From positions 330,001 to 362,000 of the forward strand of contig NZ_CP046579.1 in assembly GCF_013365475.1 (NCBI RefSeq): DNA of 32,000 nt, given 5' to 3'. Positions within the stretch are counted from its first letter, which is position 1. Every line of letters begins with the position of its first letter. The DNA is from Candidatus Saccharimonadota bacterium (GTDB lineage: Bacteria; Pseudomonadota; Alphaproteobacteria; Rickettsiales; Anaplasmataceae). Positions 30,910-32,000 of this stretch are shown one piece after another. The position numbers and the translations under genes are program-made. Below the pieces are notes generated by a model. That model worked only from the letters and a program-made list of their open reading frames with translations, had not been told where the DNA came from and ran no database searches.

Positions 30910-31455
30910 ATGTCTCGTATAGGTGCTGCACCTATCGATATTCCTGCTGGTATCTCAGTTGAGTGTAGTAATGGCAAGATATTGATAAAAAGTGCTAAAG
31001 CAGAAAAAGAACTTATGTTAGATAGAAATATTATATGTTGTGTTGTTGATAATCGGTTGCTGCTTTCTATTGATAAGTGTAAAAGCAATTTGAGCAAAAT
31101 GAAGCCTTTGTGGGGCACTTACAGAAGCAATATTAGCAATATTATCAGTGGTATGATTAACGATTTTTCTGTTGATCTTGAGGTTAATGGTGTAGGATAT
31201 AAAGCAGAGTGTGATGGTGAATATTTGACTTTATATCTTGGTTATAGCCATAATATTAAATATAAGGTGCCTAAGGGCGTTAAAATTAAGTGTATCAAAC
31301 CAATTCACTTAATAGTTAGTGGTATGGATAAGCAGAAAGTTTATATGACAGCATCTGATATATGCAAAATTAGAAAGTATGACCCTTATAAAGGTAAGGG
31401 TATCATGATAAGAGGAAGATTTGTGTTACGTAAAGTTATAAGTAAAAAGAATTAA
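30910..31455 (+). CDS. rplF: 50S ribosomal protein L6
   Basis: 181 aa, MSRIG..PI.IP.G. opening, then VNGVGYKAE and YDPYKGKGI. Confidence 0.9.
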   Translation: MSRIGAAPIDIPAGISVECSNGKILIKSAKAEKELMLDRNIICCVVDNRLLLSIDKCKSNLSKMKPLWGTYRSNISNIISGMINDFSVDLEVNGVGYKAECDGEYLTLYLGYSHNIKYKVPKGVKIKCIKPIHLIVSGMDKQKVYMTASDICKIRKYDPYKGKGIMIRGRFVLRKVISKKN

Positions 31456-31460
31456 TTAAA

Positions 31461-31835
31461 ATGAGGAGATTGTATAATTTTTTGAATAATCTTGAAAAGA
31501 GGAAGTTGCGTAATAGAAAGAAACTCAGTAATGGTGATAGGAAATATTTACGTATATCTGTATTTAAGTCTAATAAACATTTTTATGCTCAACTAATCAA
31601 TGATGAAAAAGGAATAACTCTTATTTCTGCTTCTACTTTAGATGCTAAAATTAGGGATTCATGTAAGTGTAGGGTCAACGCTGAGGCTATAAAAAAAGTT
31701 TCTTCTTTAATGATTGAGCGTCTATCTAATATGAAGTTAGAACAAAAATTAGTATTTGACCGGGGAGCATATAAGTATACAGGATTAATTTCTCAATTTG
31801 CTGAAGCTTTGAGAAGTTCTGGGTTTAAGTTTTGA
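31461..31835 (+). CDS. rplR: 50S ribosomal protein L18
   Basis: 124 aa with [41 protein letters not shown]. Confidence 0.88.
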   Translation: MRRLYNFLNNLEKRKLRNRKKLSNGDRKYLRISVFKSNKHFYAQLINDEKGITLISASTLDAKIRDSCKCRVNAEAIKKVSSLMIERLSNMKLEQKLVFDRGAYKYTGLISQFAEALRSSGFKF

Positions 31836-31854
31836 AAATTTTGGGGCGCCTGTT

Positions 31855-32000
31855 ATGAAGAATTCACAAGATAGTAGTGATTTATCAGAACTTTTAGTTT
31901 CAGTGCGAAGGGTATCTACAGTCACAAAAGGTGGTAGGAGGTTTTCATTTTCAATTCTTGTTGTTGTTGGAGATGAGAAGGGTAGAGTAGGATGTGGCAT
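31855..32000 (+). CDS. rpsE: 30S ribosomal protein S5, N-terminal fragment (runs off the window)
   Basis: Manual translation from ATG 31855 gives [48 protein letters not shown]. This is the S5 dsRBD motif (V.RV.KV.KGGR.F.F...VVVGD..G.VG.G). Confidence 0.88.
   Translation, partial: MKNSQDSSDLSELLVSVRRVSTVTKGGRRFSFSILVVVGDEKGRVGCG

Noticed and set aside
1-32000. I searched by eye for CRISPR arrays, IS or transposase ends, phage/WO-like genes, ankyrin-repeat genes, toxin-antitoxin pairs and tandem repeats.
   Set aside because: I saw no regularly spaced direct repeats, no transposase, integrase or ankyrin motifs in any listed ORF, and no long terminal inverted repeats. Degraded copies inside the deserts cannot be excluded without homology searches.

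Overview
AT-rich segment, roughly 30% GC by eye, from a reduced obligate-intracellular alphaproteobacterium (Rickettsiales/Anaplasmataceae). The EF-Tu sequence and gene content (glmU, lgt, ribE, carA, AsmA-like) look Wolbachia-like from memory; no database was searched. The window has two very different parts. (1) 1-22.4 kb holds housekeeping genes: nuoD (partial), lgt, smpB, cvpA-like, ribE, pheS, glmU, rplY, pth, tRNA-His, an 850-aa AsmA-family protein, rpmI-rplT, fmt, a small orphan membrane protein and carA. These are separated by about 8.9 kb of stop-saturated non-coding 'deserts' (726, 1449, 774, 2076, 2968 and 896 bp). (2) 22.5-32 kb is a fully compact tRNA-Tyr/tRNA-Gly-tuf-S10-spc ribosomal protein operon from rpsJ to rpsE, with overlapping stop/start codons. 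I found no CRISPR array, IS element, prophage, toxin system or secretion/defence gene cluster. The most notable local signals are a frame-broken HU/IHF-family gene followed by a MerR-like relic with in-frame stops, which points to ongoing gene erosion. Two further points are an AsmA-like protein kept intact between the two largest deserts, and a 158-aa protein with paired hydrophobic hairpins. The deserts themselves carry no reading frames beyond chance expectation, so they are best read as old gene remnants or truly non-coding DNA. Identifying what they were needs homology searches that I cannot run.
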